Notes under the pieces: generated by a model
Database searches by the model: none
What the model was told of the DNA's origin: nothing
Seen by the model: only the letters and a program-made list of their open reading frames with translations
DNA from: Treponemataceae bacterium
GTDB lineage: Bacteria > Spirochaetota > Spirochaetia > Treponematales > Rectinemataceae
DNA: 64,000 bases
Assembly (NCBI GenBank): GCA_963678065.2
Contig: CAXXVZ010000003.1
Span: 64,001 to 128,000, forward strand
Reading direction: 5' to 3'
In this document: one piece after another, positions 8,901-19,054 of the stretch
Numbering within the stretch: position 1 is the stretch's first letter
Layout: each line of letters opens with the position of its first letter
Translations under genes and position numbers: made by a program

Positions 8901-9888
8901 TTCGTACCTCCTTGTGTTTGGCTGGTTTCATCGGCCCACAGACTTTGCGGATCACCTCTTCCACCTTTTCCAATATGATCGGCTGTCCGTCATGAGTGAC
9001 CTTCGCGGTATCGGCGGCGAGAACATCGCGGCAAACTAACTGGAAGAACTCGTCATCCGAGCGGGCGCGGTGATTCTGGGAAGAAAGGATCCGGCCGATG
9101 GCGATGCCTGCCCGGATGGTCGGACGATGGTTGTTCACCCCGAAGGTCCGCAACTCCCGCACCATGTCCACGATCCGCTCGGCGTCCTCCCGGGGCAGAC
9201 CGGATTTTTTCTTGACGATGAGGACTTCAGTTTCCCGGTCGTAATGTTCCAGATGAATGGTGATCAGGCGGTCCATCAGCGCGTCCTGGGTTTTGTGGAC
9301 CCCGGCGTATTCTTCGGGATTGGAGGTGAAAATGGCGCGGAATTTGGGGTGCACGGACAGGTATCCCTCGCCGGACTCGCGGAGTTTCGGCAAGTTCAGG
9401 ATTCCCTCGGAAAGCACACTCAACAAGGCGTTGTTCGCCTCCGGCCGTGAACGGTTGAATTCGTCGTAAATCAATGTATCCCCGTTCCGACAAGCGGTGG
9501 TGAGTCGGTCGTCCACCCAGAAGTTCCGCGTCTCCTCCTCTGTCTTCAGAACGGAGTGAATGAAGTTATCGACCAGTTTGGACTTTCGGTAGCCGCCATC
9601 CCGGCCCACGAGATCCGAGCTACCGAATTCATCATCTCCGTGAACCAGGATGACCGGGCGCCCCAGTTTCGACGCTACATGAAAGGCAAGAGTGGTCTTT
9701 CCCGTTCCTGCCACGCCTGAAAAATGGACTGGGTAACCGGCAATCAAGTAGGCCAAGGCCCGCTGCGTGACCTGCTCGACATAGGGAGACGAGATGAAAC
9801 TGTCGCTGGCCTCGGGTTGGACACCGTCATCTCCGACAGGCACATGAACCGTCGGCAGGGCAAACGCTTCCGCGGCATTTTGACTCAT
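8833..9888 (-). CDS. gvpN: Gas vesicle AAA+ ATPase GvpN
   Basis: GVAGTGKTTLA, DNFIHSVLK, YDEFNRSRPEANN, FTSNPEEYAGVHKTQDALMDR. Confidence 0.95.
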   Translation of the reverse strand: MSQNAAEAFALPTVHVPVGDDGVQPEASDSFISSPYVEQVTQRALAYLIAGYPVHFSGVAGTGKTTLAFHVASKLGRPVILVHGDDEFGSSDLVGRDGGYRKSKLVDNFIHSVLKTEEETRNFWVDDRLTTACRNGDTLIYDEFNRSRPEANNALLSVLSEGILNLPKLRESGEGYLSVHPKFRAIFTSNPEEYAGVHKTQDALMDRLITIHLEHYDRETEVLIVKKKSGLPREDAERIVDMVRELRTFGVNNHRPTIRAGIAIGRILSSQNHRARSDDEFFQLVCRDVLAADTAKVTHDGQPIILEKVEEVIRKVCGPMKPAKHKEVRNAGDEKGREGSAEHQDFVGTGG

Positions 9889-9913
9889 GGTCGACTCCTT
9901 CCTCTCGGTGAGT

Positions 9914-10270
9914 TCATCCAGCAGTGACACATCCGCGTCCCCGGCATCTCAGGCAGGCCATGGCCGGAGCAGAGGAATCATCGCCCGAACCGCGGCACAC
10001 AGGGCATGGGACAGTCGGCGACGCGGGCCGGAAAACAGCGCCTTTCCCTCCGCACGCTGTGCAGGTAAGGGTCTTGATGGCCCCTGTTCCCCCGCAGTGC
10101 GCGCAGGTGATGGCGGGGGAGAGTATCCGGACTTTGCCGCTGCCTCCACAGACACAGCACGTTGACAGCTCGGACATGATGCCGAATGGATCTATGCCCT
10201 TGCCGTGACAAAAAGCGCATTTTTTTTCCTCGAAAACCACCCTGTCCTTCGTTGACCTGCGCGGCATCAT
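9914..10270 (-). CDS. DnaJ-type zinc-finger-only protein
   Basis: Six CxxCxGxG repeats, no J domain. Confidence 0.8.
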   Translation of the reverse strand: MMPRRSTKDRVVFEEKKCAFCHGKGIDPFGIMSELSTCCVCGGSGKVRILSPAITCAHCGGTGAIKTLTCTACGGKGAVFRPASPTVPCPVCRGSGDDSSAPAMACLRCRGRGCVTAG

Positions 10271-10279
10271 GGAAGCACC

Positions 10280-10819
10280 CTACTTCTTTTTCGTCCGCTT
10301 CGGTCTGGCTGCCGATTTGCCCGGCTTCGCGCGAACAGGAGGCTCGCTCAGCCCGTCATTCTCTTCTTCCCCACAAGGTTTCATGGCTGAGTCGGAAGGT
10401 TCAGCCGCCACGACGGAGGAGTCGGTCGCGATGACCGTGGGCTCTGTCGCCATGACCTCGGCTTCGGCCGCGATGACGGTAGGTTCGGCCTCCATGGCGA
10501 TAGGTTCAGCCGATATAACCGAAGGCTCCGCCGTCATGACTGCAGGCTCCGCCGCTATCACGGTGGGTTCAGCCACCGTGACCAGGGGCACCAGTTCTTT
10601 CTCTTCTTCTTTGTCCTGGGGCGCCACCTTGCGCAAGCCCGCCACCTGGTTCCTGATCTCGAGAAGAAAGGCCCTGCGCTCATTCCGCGCCCTCTCGGCC
10701 TGCCTCTTCTGCACGCTGGAAAAATCTGCCAGCATGGACCTCACGTCATTGGCCAGGTTGGTTTTGTAGGACATCCTTTCCTCGCAGCCGTTTTTCCCCA
10801 TATCAGCCAGCTTACTCAC
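10280..10819 (-). CDS. gvpC: GvpC-like protein with acidic repeat tail
   Basis: Directly after gvpA; NDVRSMLADF...ERRAFL resembles a GvpC repeat; AGGAGA RBS. Confidence 0.6.
   Translation of the reverse strand: MSKLADMGKNGCEERMSYKTNLANDVRSMLADFSSVQKRQAERARNERRAFLLEIRNQVAGLRKVAPQDKEEEKELVPLVTVAEPTVIAAEPAVMTAEPSVISAEPIAMEAEPTVIAAEAEVMATEPTVIATDSSVVAAEPSDSAMKPCGEEENDGLSEPPVRAKPGKSAARPKRTKKK
10395..10574 (-). repeat. Degenerate 21-bp tandem repeat (about 8.5 units, AEPxVxx)
   Basis: AEPTVIA AEPAVMT AEPSVIS AEPIAME AEPTVIA AEAEVMA TEPTVIA TDSSVVA AEPS. Confidence 0.85.
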
Positions 10820-10868
10820 GAGAATCTCCTTTGCGTGTCCTGTTTCCGTACCGTCCGTCTTCTGGGAG

Positions 10869-10894
10869 GCGGGGAGGGCGTCAGGCCTCCCCGC
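10869..10894 (-). terminator. GC-rich hairpin after gvpA (stabiliser or partial terminator)
   Basis: GCGGGGAGG-8 nt-CCTCCCCGC; no U-tract on the minus strand. Confidence 0.55.
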
Positions 10895-10910
10895 GGGGAA
10901 TTTGTCCGGC

Positions 10911-11129
10911 CTAGGCGGGCATGGCGGCGTTGGCCGTCAAACCGATCGCCTCGGCATACTTGAGATAGGTCTCGACCGACGCGACCACGACGCGCGCTTC
11001 GACCGAGAGCAGTTCGATGCCGACCAGCGACACCTTCACCCAGGCGTCGATCACGATACCCTTGTCCAGGATCCGGTCGACGACTTCGGCCAAACTCGAT
11101 GAATCGGTTGATTTCTGAATCTTTGCCAT
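10911..11129 (-). CDS. gvpA: Major gas vesicle shell protein GvpA
   Basis: [55 protein letters not shown]. Confidence 0.98.
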   Translation of the reverse strand: MAKIQKSTDSSSLAEVVDRILDKGIVIDAWVKVSLVGIELLSVEARVVVASVETYLKYAEAIGLTANAAMPA

Positions 11130-11197
11130 TGTGCATCTCCTTTCGTCTGTTCTGTTTCCTTCTACGTACTGGCCCGCATGCATGCCACCAAATGTGC

Positions 11198-11213
11198 TGC
11201 AGGATTCGTGCCA
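11198..11213 (-). promoter_or_regulatory. Sigma-54 (-24/-12) promoter of gvpA
   Basis: Minus strand TGGCACG-AATC-CTGCA, ~70 bp upstream of gvpA; an NtrC-type activator is in the locus. Confidence 0.8.
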
Positions 11214-11305
11214 TGTATCTCCAGCCGCTCTACTCGATGCGAAAACGCCTGATTTCAGGCACATTGTCTTCAAAAAAACGCGATCTCGGCATTTCCGGGA
11301 AGCTG

Positions 11306-11746
11306 CTATGGCGCCGGAGCTATGGAAGCATTTCCATACATCACGGGCGACTGATTCGTGTTCCCGACCACGGAATGCGGAGAGCCGATGGTGCGCAGAA
11401 TTTCATCATGAGCGAAAGGTTTGGCGACAAAGGCCGAGATCAATCCCGACTGAATAGCCCCTGTGATGGCGGGGTCATCCTGGTAGAAGTAACCGGACAC
11501 GATGACTATGCGGATGCCGGGGATGGATTCCATGAGGCGACGGGCCAGATCGAGCCCATCGTGGTCCGGCAGCTTGGCATCCAGGAAGGCCATGCGGAAG
11601 GATTGGCTTTCCGCCAGGGACAAGGCTTCCTTGGCGTCAAAGGCCGTGCTGCAGATGCCTCCGGTCCCTTTCAGAATCCGCTCGAGAACCCAGCACATCT
11701 CCGGTTCGTCGTCGACGATGAGAAATGGCCCGCTGTCGTTGGTCAT
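11306..11746 (-). CDS. Single-domain response regulator (GvrC-like)
   Basis: LIVDDE, FLDAKLP, SG, KPF. Confidence 0.9.
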   Translation of the reverse strand: MTNDSGPFLIVDDEPEMCWVLERILKGTGGICSTAFDAKEALSLAESQSFRMAFLDAKLPDHDGLDLARRLMESIPGIRIVIVSGYFYQDDPAITGAIQSGLISAFVAKPFAHDEILRTIGSPHSVVGNTNQSPVMYGNASIAPAP

Positions 11747-13254
11747 GCCTCGCCTTCCTGCATCGCCATAGGCACCCTCAAAGGAAGCGTGACAGTGAAG
11801 GTGCTGCCCTTTCCCTCGGCGCTCTCCACCGAGATGGTCCCTCCGTGCTGCTGCACGATCGAGTAGCAGATGGACAGGCCAAGCCCCGTTCCCTTGCCCA
11901 CGGGGGAAGTCGTGTAGAAAGGATCGAAGATCCTTTCTATGTCACGTTCTGCAATGCCGCAACCGGTGTCAGAGACCCAGACACAGACACCGCCGTTGAC
12001 CGGGCGCACGTCGACCTTCAGGGTTCCTCCCTTTGGCATCGCGTTGATGGCGTTCAGAAAAAGGTTTATGAAGACCTGCTGCAGCAAGGTGGCTTCGCCC
12101 TGTACCATGATGTGGTTCGTGGGGAAAGTCCCTTTCGTCTCAATCCTCTGGAGCGTGGCCTGTTGGGCCAGCAAGTTCAGCGTCTCCTGGATCATTTCGA
12201 CCAGATTGAAGGGGACGGTCCGGGCTGCCACGCGAGGGTGGGAGAATTTGAGAAGACTCTCGATGATCGCCGTGGCCCGCTGAATCCCCCGACGGATTTT
12301 TTCCGCGCACTCTTTGCGGAACTCCGGCGTTATGTCCTCTTCATCCGTGAGAAACTGTGCGGCGGACGAACAGATGGCCAGAGGATTCCGGATTTCGTGC
12401 GCGATGCCTCCCGCCATGACTCCCAGCGAAGCCAGTCTCTGGGACTGGATCAGCTCCATCTCAAACTTGCGCCTTTCCGTCAAATCCCTGCCGACCGCCA
12501 CGACGCCCACTGTCTGGCTCGACCGATCCGGCAGCGGCGAGAAGACCCATGAGACGAGGATGAAGGTCGAGTGTTTGGTTCTAAAGGGGCACTCCTTGAT
12601 CTGGGCGGCGTTTCGCGTGTCGATGTGGGCAAAAATTCCCTCGATGTCCGCTTGGTCCTCTCCCACGCAGAACTCGATGAACTTGTGCCCCCGCGCCTCA
12701 GCGGCGGAATACCCCGAGAGTCTCTCCGCCGAGGCGTTCCACGTCAGGATATTGCCCAATCTGTCCGTCGAAAGCATGAGATCGCTGGCGCTGTCCACGA
12801 TGCTCGCCATGTGCCGCTCCACCCGCCGGACTTCTTCGCTGAGACGCACCTGCTCCGTGACATCGTCCATGAGCAGAAGCACTCCTTCAGTCTGTCCTTG
12901 CCACGAGAACGGGATGAGGCTGTAGTAGTAGATGCGGATGGGTACACCTGGGGCGCGATAGGTCATCCGCTCGCCTTTGGCCGGCTGATTTGTTTCGATG
13001 ACATGCTGTACCCGCCTCGCGATATCCATCTGCTCGAGGATCACGGCGGGGAGCGCCTCCTCGAGCCTGTGCCCGACGGTCTCACGCAATATCCGTTGGC
13101 TTTTTTCGAGGAAATTGCGGTTCGCGGAGAGGATGCGCAGATTCTTATCGATAAGGAGGACGGAAGAGGGGATGGCATCCAGAAGCATGGTGTAGAGTTG
13201 CTCATACCGCGCAGAAACTTCCGCGTCCGCCAGATCGGGTTGGGTGATCCTCAT
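11743..13254 (-). CDS. PAS-PAS histidine kinase (NtrB/GvrB-like)
   Basis: GIAHEIRNPL, NLFLNA, DTGCGI, GTGLGL. Confidence 0.92.
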   Translation of the reverse strand: MRITQPDLADAEVSARYEQLYTMLLDAIPSSVLLIDKNLRILSANRNFLEKSQRILRETVGHRLEEALPAVILEQMDIARRVQHVIETNQPAKGERMTYRAPGVPIRIYYYSLIPFSWQGQTEGVLLLMDDVTEQVRLSEEVRRVERHMASIVDSASDLMLSTDRLGNILTWNASAERLSGYSAAEARGHKFIEFCVGEDQADIEGIFAHIDTRNAAQIKECPFRTKHSTFILVSWVFSPLPDRSSQTVGVVAVGRDLTERRKFEMELIQSQRLASLGVMAGGIAHEIRNPLAICSSAAQFLTDEEDITPEFRKECAEKIRRGIQRATAIIESLLKFSHPRVAARTVPFNLVEMIQETLNLLAQQATLQRIETKGTFPTNHIMVQGEATLLQQVFINLFLNAINAMPKGGTLKVDVRPVNGGVCVWVSDTGCGIAERDIERIFDPFYTTSPVGKGTGLGLSICYSIVQQHGGTISVESAEGKGSTFTVTLPLRVPMAMQEGEA

Positions 13255-13266
13255 CGACGTCTCCTT

Positions 13267-13995
13267 TTACTGTGCACCTTCGTGGCCGACTCCTGGCAGG
13301 CAACCGGGGACGGCGAAATTGTAGGGTGGCCACGGGCCGCTGATGAGGGTTCTGCTTCCATCATGCTCAATCACCCGTTGAAAAATTTCCCTGAATCGGT
13401 TGACCTGGCCTTTCGGAATGAGAAAGTACAGAGACAAAACGGTGGAACCGCCCCTCGCGGCCGTCTCTGTCCGGTGCTTGCCGTTCAGCTCCGAAAATGC
13501 CCGGATATACCCATCCAGAAGAGCCTGGTGATGGCGGGAGTTCTCATCCTGCATCTGATAATGCGCCCTCCGCATGGCGAGATATCGGCCACCGTCCACT
13601 GGCTGCACGATCGGTTGTACACTTTGCGGCGATTTCAGTTCCGGTTCAGGAAGCAGGATTCGAATCCCCATCTCGACACGGCCTTCCAGCTCCTTAAGAA
13701 GGGCATCGTACTGTCGATTTTTTTCCTCCAAAATGTGCTGGATTGCCTGCGGCCCCTCCATGAAGCAGCCATAGCGCATGGGGACCACCGCCTGCATGCG
13801 ATGAAGCTCCTCCACCACTCTGCCGTAGACGAGAAGCTCCGAAACAGGCGGCGGCTTTTCCGTGAAAGCCATTTCCGACACGGCGGCGCCCAGCCCGTGA
13901 GCGGTGACAAAGGACACAGCCTTGCCTGTCACCCCCGTCATCAGCCCACCATCGGGCACAGGAGTTCTCATGATGCAATACACCAAGTGGGCCAT
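13267..13995 (-). CDS. GvpF/GvpL-family protein (GvpF3-like)
   Basis: VVPMRYG, EMGIRI, SGPWPPYNF. Confidence 0.88.
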   Translation of the reverse strand: MAHLVYCIMRTPVPDGGLMTGVTGKAVSFVTAHGLGAAVSEMAFTEKPPPVSELLVYGRVVEELHRMQAVVPMRYGCFMEGPQAIQHILEEKNRQYDALLKELEGRVEMGIRILLPEPELKSPQSVQPIVQPVDGGRYLAMRRAHYQMQDENSRHHQALLDGYIRAFSELNGKHRTETAARGGSTVLSLYFLIPKGQVNRFREIFQRVIEHDGSRTLISGPWPPYNFAVPGCLPGVGHEGAQ

Positions 13996-14001
13996 AGGCC
14001 A

Positions 14002-14802
14002 TTATCCCTGCATGTCCAAGACAGGCGTGAAATGGTAGGGAGGCAAGGGGCCGGAGGACTCGAAATGAAGCCCCATGGATTCGTGGCTCGCGTTCCATTC
14101 AGTCGTCATGCGTAGCAGCTGCTCTGCACAATGGTCCGGAACGAGAAGAGCGGCGTGGAAGAACATCTCGTCGCCTCTCCCTGTCAGTTCCGGCGACAGA
14201 AGGCGACGATCGCTGAACGCCGAGGATAGCTCACTGACGGACGTCATTATGTCGTCCGCCAGCCCCTTGAGCCAGGATGTCACCTCACGATCCACCGCCC
14301 CCCGGATTTTCTGTTCCTGAAAGTAGCGAATGCCCGGGGAAAGCTTGGCGAGTTGCTCTTTCCCGGCCGCCAGGCGCGTTTCCAGGATCTGCGATCGGGC
14401 CTGTGGCATGTCCACATATGCCTTGAGGGTCCATTCCTTCTGGCCGGCTGTGCCGAGGAAGAATTTCGACAGGGCGTCCCGATGCCGCTCCAGCGCCGCC
14501 GCCAGCACATCCACGGAAGAAAAAACGCTTCCGAACCGAACGGGCAAGACGGGAGCCTGGCGCATGATCGTCATGATGACCTCTTCATGGCGCAGTGCCC
14601 GGGGCGCCACCCACGCCAGGTCCGCCAGCCTCTCGCGGGCCTCCTGCCCGCAGAATTCCTCCAGGGAAACCGCGGAGAGAACGGCGTTGACATCGGCGAT
14701 GGCCTCGATACAGAGGGGATGCGATTCGTCTATCCCCATTCCCTCGATTTTCAGAAGTGGATTTTTCGGTGTCAGGCAGAACAGGTATATCCCTTGGCTC
14801 AT
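14002..14802 (-). CDS. GvpF/GvpL-family protein (GvpF2-like)
   Basis: YLFCL, RHEEVI, VLPVRFG, SGPLPPYHF. Confidence 0.88.
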   Translation of the reverse strand: MSQGIYLFCLTPKNPLLKIEGMGIDESHPLCIEAIADVNAVLSAVSLEEFCGQEARERLADLAWVAPRALRHEEVIMTIMRQAPVLPVRFGSVFSSVDVLAAALERHRDALSKFFLGTAGQKEWTLKAYVDMPQARSQILETRLAAGKEQLAKLSPGIRYFQEQKIRGAVDREVTSWLKGLADDIMTSVSELSSAFSDRRLLSPELTGRGDEMFFHAALLVPDHCAEQLLRMTTEWNASHESMGLHFESSGPLPPYHFTPVLDMQG

Positions 14803-16937
14803 CCTTGCTCCCCCAGCACGTCGGCTATGGCGTCGTCAATATCCTGACGTTGGATCAGGATTTCCGGTTCTTCCCCTTCGCCCTTCTCCAAGGTTTTCAC
14901 GGCGCGGCGGACTGCCGACATCGCCGCTTTTCGCGCGATAGCGGCGATGTCGGCCCCGCTGAAACCTTCCGTTACCGCGGCGAGTTCCGCGCAGCTGATA
15001 TCTTCCGACAGGGGTTTCTTCCTGAGATGGACGGAGAAGATTTCCTCTCGCTCCTTTTCCTCCGGCATGGTCATCTCGATGATCTCGTCGAAGCGGCCCG
15101 GCCTGAGCACCGCGGCATCCAGCATGTCCCTGCGGTTGGTCGCTCCCAGGACAAGTACACCCCGGAGCTCGTCGATCCCGTCGAACTCCGCCAGAAACTG
15201 ACTCAGGATCCGTTCGGAGACATGAGAGTCCGCGGTTCCGGCGCTCCTCGTCGCCACCAGGGCATCGATTTCGTCGAAGAAGATGATGCACGGCGCCGCC
15301 TGTCGCGCCTTGTGAAAGATTTCCCTGATTCCCTTTTCCGATTCTCCGACCCATTTCGACATCAGGGCGGGCCCTTTGACGGAGATGAAGTTTGTCTGGC
15401 TCTCCGTGGCGATCGCCTTGGCCATCAGGGTCTTGCCGCATCCGGGGGGGCCCACCAAGAGAATTCCCTTGGGCGGGGTCACTCCTCCCTTTTCGAAAAG
15501 TTCGGGGTATTTGAGGGGCCATTCCACGGCCTCGACGAGTCGCTTTTTCAGGCTGTCGAGCCCTCCCACGTTTTCCCAGCGAACATTGGGGGATTCCACG
15601 AAGACTTCCCTGATGGCGGAGGGTTCTATTTCCCGCAGGGCGGCAAGGAAGTCCTCCATCCGCACCTCGAGTTTCGAGAATGTTTCGTAAGGGATAGCCG
15701 CCTGACTGAAATCTATCTCCCCCATGATCTGCCTCAGGCAGATCATGGCGGCCTCCCGGCAGAGAGCCTCGAGATCCGCGCCGACAAAACCGTGGGTGAT
15801 CTCCGACAGATGCTCCATCCGGACATCCCCGGCCAAGGGCATCCCCCGGCTATGGATTTCCAGAATTTCCAGGCGGCCGACCCGGTCCGGGATCGGGATG
15901 ACGATCTCCCGATCAAACCGTCCCGGACGTCGCAGAGCCGGATCAAGGGAATTGGGAATGTTGGTGGCGGCGATGACGATGACATTCTGCCTCTTGTTGA
16001 GGCCGTCCATGAGGGCGAGGAGTTGGGCGACGATCCGCTTTTCCACTTCCCCGACAACATTTTCCCGCGAAGGAGCTATGGCGTCGATTTCGTCGATGAA
16101 CAGGATGCTGGGTTGATTGCTGGTCGCCTCCTCGAAAATCTTCCGCAGGTGGGCCTCGCTTTCGCCGTAAAATTTGTGGACGATTTCCGGTCCGCTGATG
16201 GAAAAGAAGCTGGCCTCCGTTTCGTGGGCTATCGCGCGGGCGATGAGGGTCTTCCCGCAACCCGGCGGGCCGTAAAGAAGCACCCCCCGCGGCGCGTCGA
16301 TCCCGAGGCGCAAGAAGAGCTCAGGATAGCGGAGGGGTAGCTCGATCATCTCGCGGATGCGCTGGAGCTGGGATTTCAACCCGCCGATATCTTCGTAGGA
16401 AAGGGTCTTTCCCCTATCCTCCTCCTGGCTCTTGCCGATCACGAGTACTGTGCCCGGGTGGATGAGGGCCGGACCCTTGGGCGTCACGGATTCGACTTTG
16501 AAATAGGCAGAGCGGCTGCCAAACAGGGCGGCCTGGATTTTTGCGCCCTCCATGACCGGCAGGCCGTCCAGGAGGCTTCCGATGTATTTGAGATCCCGCT
16601 CCGCCGGCACGACGTTGGTCGGCGCCAGGGCGACACGCTCCGCCGGGCGGCAATGGATCTTGCGGATTCTCACGGGTTCATCGAGACCGACGCCCGCGTT
16701 TTCGCGGGTCGAGCCGTCGAGCTGGACCCGCGACTGTCCGCGGAACTCCGCGTAGGCAGGCATGGCCTTGCAGACCGCTTTCCTCTTCCCCTCGACCTCC
16801 ACGATATCGCCGACCGTGATCTGAAGCCTTTCCAGGTCCTCGGGGCCCATGCGGGCGAAAGCCCTTCCGACGTCTTTGGTCAAGGCTTCCGTCACCCGTA
16901 GCTTGACGACAGGCGCCTCATCGTCCTTTGTGGCCAT
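14799..16937 (-). CDS. Cdc48/VCP-type double AAA+ ATPase (GvpZ-like)
   Basis: N domain plus two GPPGCGKT, two DEIDA and two RPGRFD motifs. Confidence 0.93.
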   Translation of the reverse strand: MATKDDEAPVVKLRVTEALTKDVGRAFARMGPEDLERLQITVGDIVEVEGKRKAVCKAMPAYAEFRGQSRVQLDGSTRENAGVGLDEPVRIRKIHCRPAERVALAPTNVVPAERDLKYIGSLLDGLPVMEGAKIQAALFGSRSAYFKVESVTPKGPALIHPGTVLVIGKSQEEDRGKTLSYEDIGGLKSQLQRIREMIELPLRYPELFLRLGIDAPRGVLLYGPPGCGKTLIARAIAHETEASFFSISGPEIVHKFYGESEAHLRKIFEEATSNQPSILFIDEIDAIAPSRENVVGEVEKRIVAQLLALMDGLNKRQNVIVIAATNIPNSLDPALRRPGRFDREIVIPIPDRVGRLEILEIHSRGMPLAGDVRMEHLSEITHGFVGADLEALCREAAMICLRQIMGEIDFSQAAIPYETFSKLEVRMEDFLAALREIEPSAIREVFVESPNVRWENVGGLDSLKKRLVEAVEWPLKYPELFEKGGVTPPKGILLVGPPGCGKTLMAKAIATESQTNFISVKGPALMSKWVGESEKGIREIFHKARQAAPCIIFFDEIDALVATRSAGTADSHVSERILSQFLAEFDGIDELRGVLVLGATNRRDMLDAAVLRPGRFDEIIEMTMPEEKEREEIFSVHLRKKPLSEDISCAELAAVTEGFSGADIAAIARKAAMSAVRRAVKTLEKGEGEEPEILIQRQDIDDAIADVLGEQG

Positions 16938-16941
16938 ATTT

Positions 16942-17634
16942 TTACCCCGCTTTCCCGCAGCGAATCGTCACGATGCCATTGTTGCAGGTCACCTTGATAC
17001 GCTCCTCCGAGAGAACATGGCGCAGAAGCATCTCCTTCCGGTACTTCTTCTCGCCCCTTTGGGCAAAGATCGTCAGCACGTCATCCCGGACCTCGAGGTG
17101 AATGTCCTCCGGCCCCACGCCCGGCATTTCGGCGACAAGGGTAGTGGCGTCTTCGTCCTCGAAGACGTCGACCAAGGGTTCGTTGATCTCCTGAACCACC
17201 GCCTCGCCGGTTTTTTTGTCCTTCCGGATGTTGCCGAAGGGTTCGACCTTGATATGGTCGCCCTTTTCTCCCAAGCCGGTTTTTACGGTGAATCCGTATA
17301 CCCCTTTGATCCCTCTCTCTTTTGACGAAAAATTGAGCTCCCCCTCTTTCGAGAAGGTTTCGCCCTTTTCCGAAAGCTCGCTGAGCCGTTCGGCGAGGTC
17401 GGCCAGGCCATTCAATATCCCCCCGGCATTGTTCTCGCCTGCCGACTCTTCCTTCGCGGCGCCCGAGCTTTTCGCTTCGCCATCGGGAGTCTCCGCTTTG
17501 CGCTTCGCCAGCCGTTCGGCCGTCCCCGCCAGCTTCTCCACCGAGCCCAGAAGACCTGTCAGTCCGCCGAAGATGCCGCCGAGTTCCACCCTCACTTCAT
17601 CTTTTTTGTCGGATTCGGGTTTCTTTTTACTCAT
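16942..17634 (-). CDS. gvpH: Hsp20-domain protein (GvpH-like)
   Basis: EPLVDVFE, VAEMPGV, NNGIVTI alpha-crystallin motifs. Confidence 0.8.
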   Translation of the reverse strand: MSKKKPESDKKDEVRVELGGIFGGLTGLLGSVEKLAGTAERLAKRKAETPDGEAKSSGAAKEESAGENNAGGILNGLADLAERLSELSEKGETFSKEGELNFSSKERGIKGVYGFTVKTGLGEKGDHIKVEPFGNIRKDKKTGEAVVQEINEPLVDVFEDEDATTLVAEMPGVGPEDIHLEVRDDVLTIFAQRGEKKYRKEMLLRHVLSEERIKVTCNNGIVTIRCGKAG

Positions 17635-19054
17635 CGTCGCCTCCTTGAGTCTGGATACCGAACTTTTTTACCTTCGTGTGCATGGTCTTGTAGTCGATTT
17701 GCAGCAATCGTGCCGCCTTGGCTTTGTTCCCGCCGGTGTATTGCAGAACTCCGACAAGGACTCTCCTTTCCACCTCGACGACGCTCCGACGCACAATGTC
17801 CCGGAGAGACGCGCTCTTCCAGGGCGAGCCGTCCGTCTCCGGCACAAAAGCCGACACCACCATCGCCGCACGCTCAATGCCAAGATCCTGTTCGGTGATG
17901 GCCCCCTTGGACACCAGCGCGGCCCGCCGGATCACTGACTTGAGTTCGCGGACATTCCCCGGCCAGTTGTACGAGATCAGCGCCTCGATCGCCGAATCCG
18001 AAAGTCCCAGGGTCTTCCTGCCCAGTTCGGATTCGGTCATGTCCAGAAACCGTTTCGACAGATAGAGTATGTCCTCCTTTCTCTCCCGGAGAGACGGGAT
18101 ATCGATGGTGAAGTCGCACAGGCGATAATAGAGGTCCTCCCGGAAAGCGCCGGATATAACCATTTCCCGGAGACTCTGGTTGGTGGCGGCGATCAGGCGG
18201 AAATCCACCTCGATGGGTTTGGTTCCGCCTACTCGATTGAGCACCCTGCTCTGGATGGCCCGAAGCAGCTTCGCCTGGGAGCTGAGGGGCAGATTGGCGA
18301 CTTCATCCAGGAATAGTGTGCCACCATTGGCCAGCTCGAACTTGCCCGGTTTCTGTCGGTCCGCGCCGGTAAATGAGCCCTTTTCGTGCCCGAACAATTC
18401 GCTTTCCAGCAGCGCCTCGGGTATGGCCCCGCAATCCACCGTGATGAAGGGAGCCTGGCTCCTGGCGCTGCTCCGGTGGATGGCCGTCGCCACAAGCTCC
18501 TTGCCCGCGCCAGTTTCGCCGATGAGAAGGACGGAAAAGTTCGATTTCGCGACTCGATGGATGTCCGCCGCGATTCTCGCGATCGAGTCCGACGGTCCCA
18601 TGCTCTCGAAAATGGACATGTACTCTAGCGGTTCTCCGGCTGCGGCCTTGTGTTTTCTCAGTTGCCCTTCCGACAAGGCACGCAGGGTGATCCTGGCGAC
18701 TTCGTTGTTGTCGAAGGGTTTGGCTATATAGTCGTAGGCCCCGTCTTTCATCGCCTCGACGGCCTGACAGACGTTCGCGTGTCCCGTTATGAGGACGACG
18801 GGCAGATCATCGTCCAGTTCCCTGATTTTGCCGAGGACCTCCAGTCCATTGAGTCCCGGCATGCTCACATCGAGAAGAACGACCTTGGGCACCGAAGTGG
18901 GAGACTGGATCTTCTGCATCGCCTGATACCCGTCGGCGGCGGTGATGACCTTTATCCCTTCCCTCTCCAGAATATGAGTCAAATTCGTCCTCGCGTCCTC
19001 TTCGTCATCGACGACCAGCGCGTACAGGACGCTATTATCGTCAATATTTCTCAT
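17627..19054 (-). CDS. NtrC-type sigma-54 activator (GvrA-like)
   Basis: Receiver domain, GETGAGKE, ESELFGHEKGSFTGA, WPGNVREL, Fis HTH. Confidence 0.95.
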   Translation of the reverse strand: MRNIDDNSVLYALVVDDEEDARTNLTHILEREGIKVITAADGYQAMQKIQSPTSVPKVVLLDVSMPGLNGLEVLGKIRELDDDLPVVLITGHANVCQAVEAMKDGAYDYIAKPFDNNEVARITLRALSEGQLRKHKAAAGEPLEYMSIFESMGPSDSIARIAADIHRVAKSNFSVLLIGETGAGKELVATAIHRSSARSQAPFITVDCGAIPEALLESELFGHEKGSFTGADRQKPGKFELANGGTLFLDEVANLPLSSQAKLLRAIQSRVLNRVGGTKPIEVDFRLIAATNQSLREMVISGAFREDLYYRLCDFTIDIPSLRERKEDILYLSKRFLDMTESELGRKTLGLSDSAIEALISYNWPGNVRELKSVIRRAALVSKGAITEQDLGIERAAMVVSAFVPETDGSPWKSASLRDIVRRSVVEVERRVLVGVLQYTGGNKAKAARLLQIDYKTMHTKVKKFGIQTQGGDDE

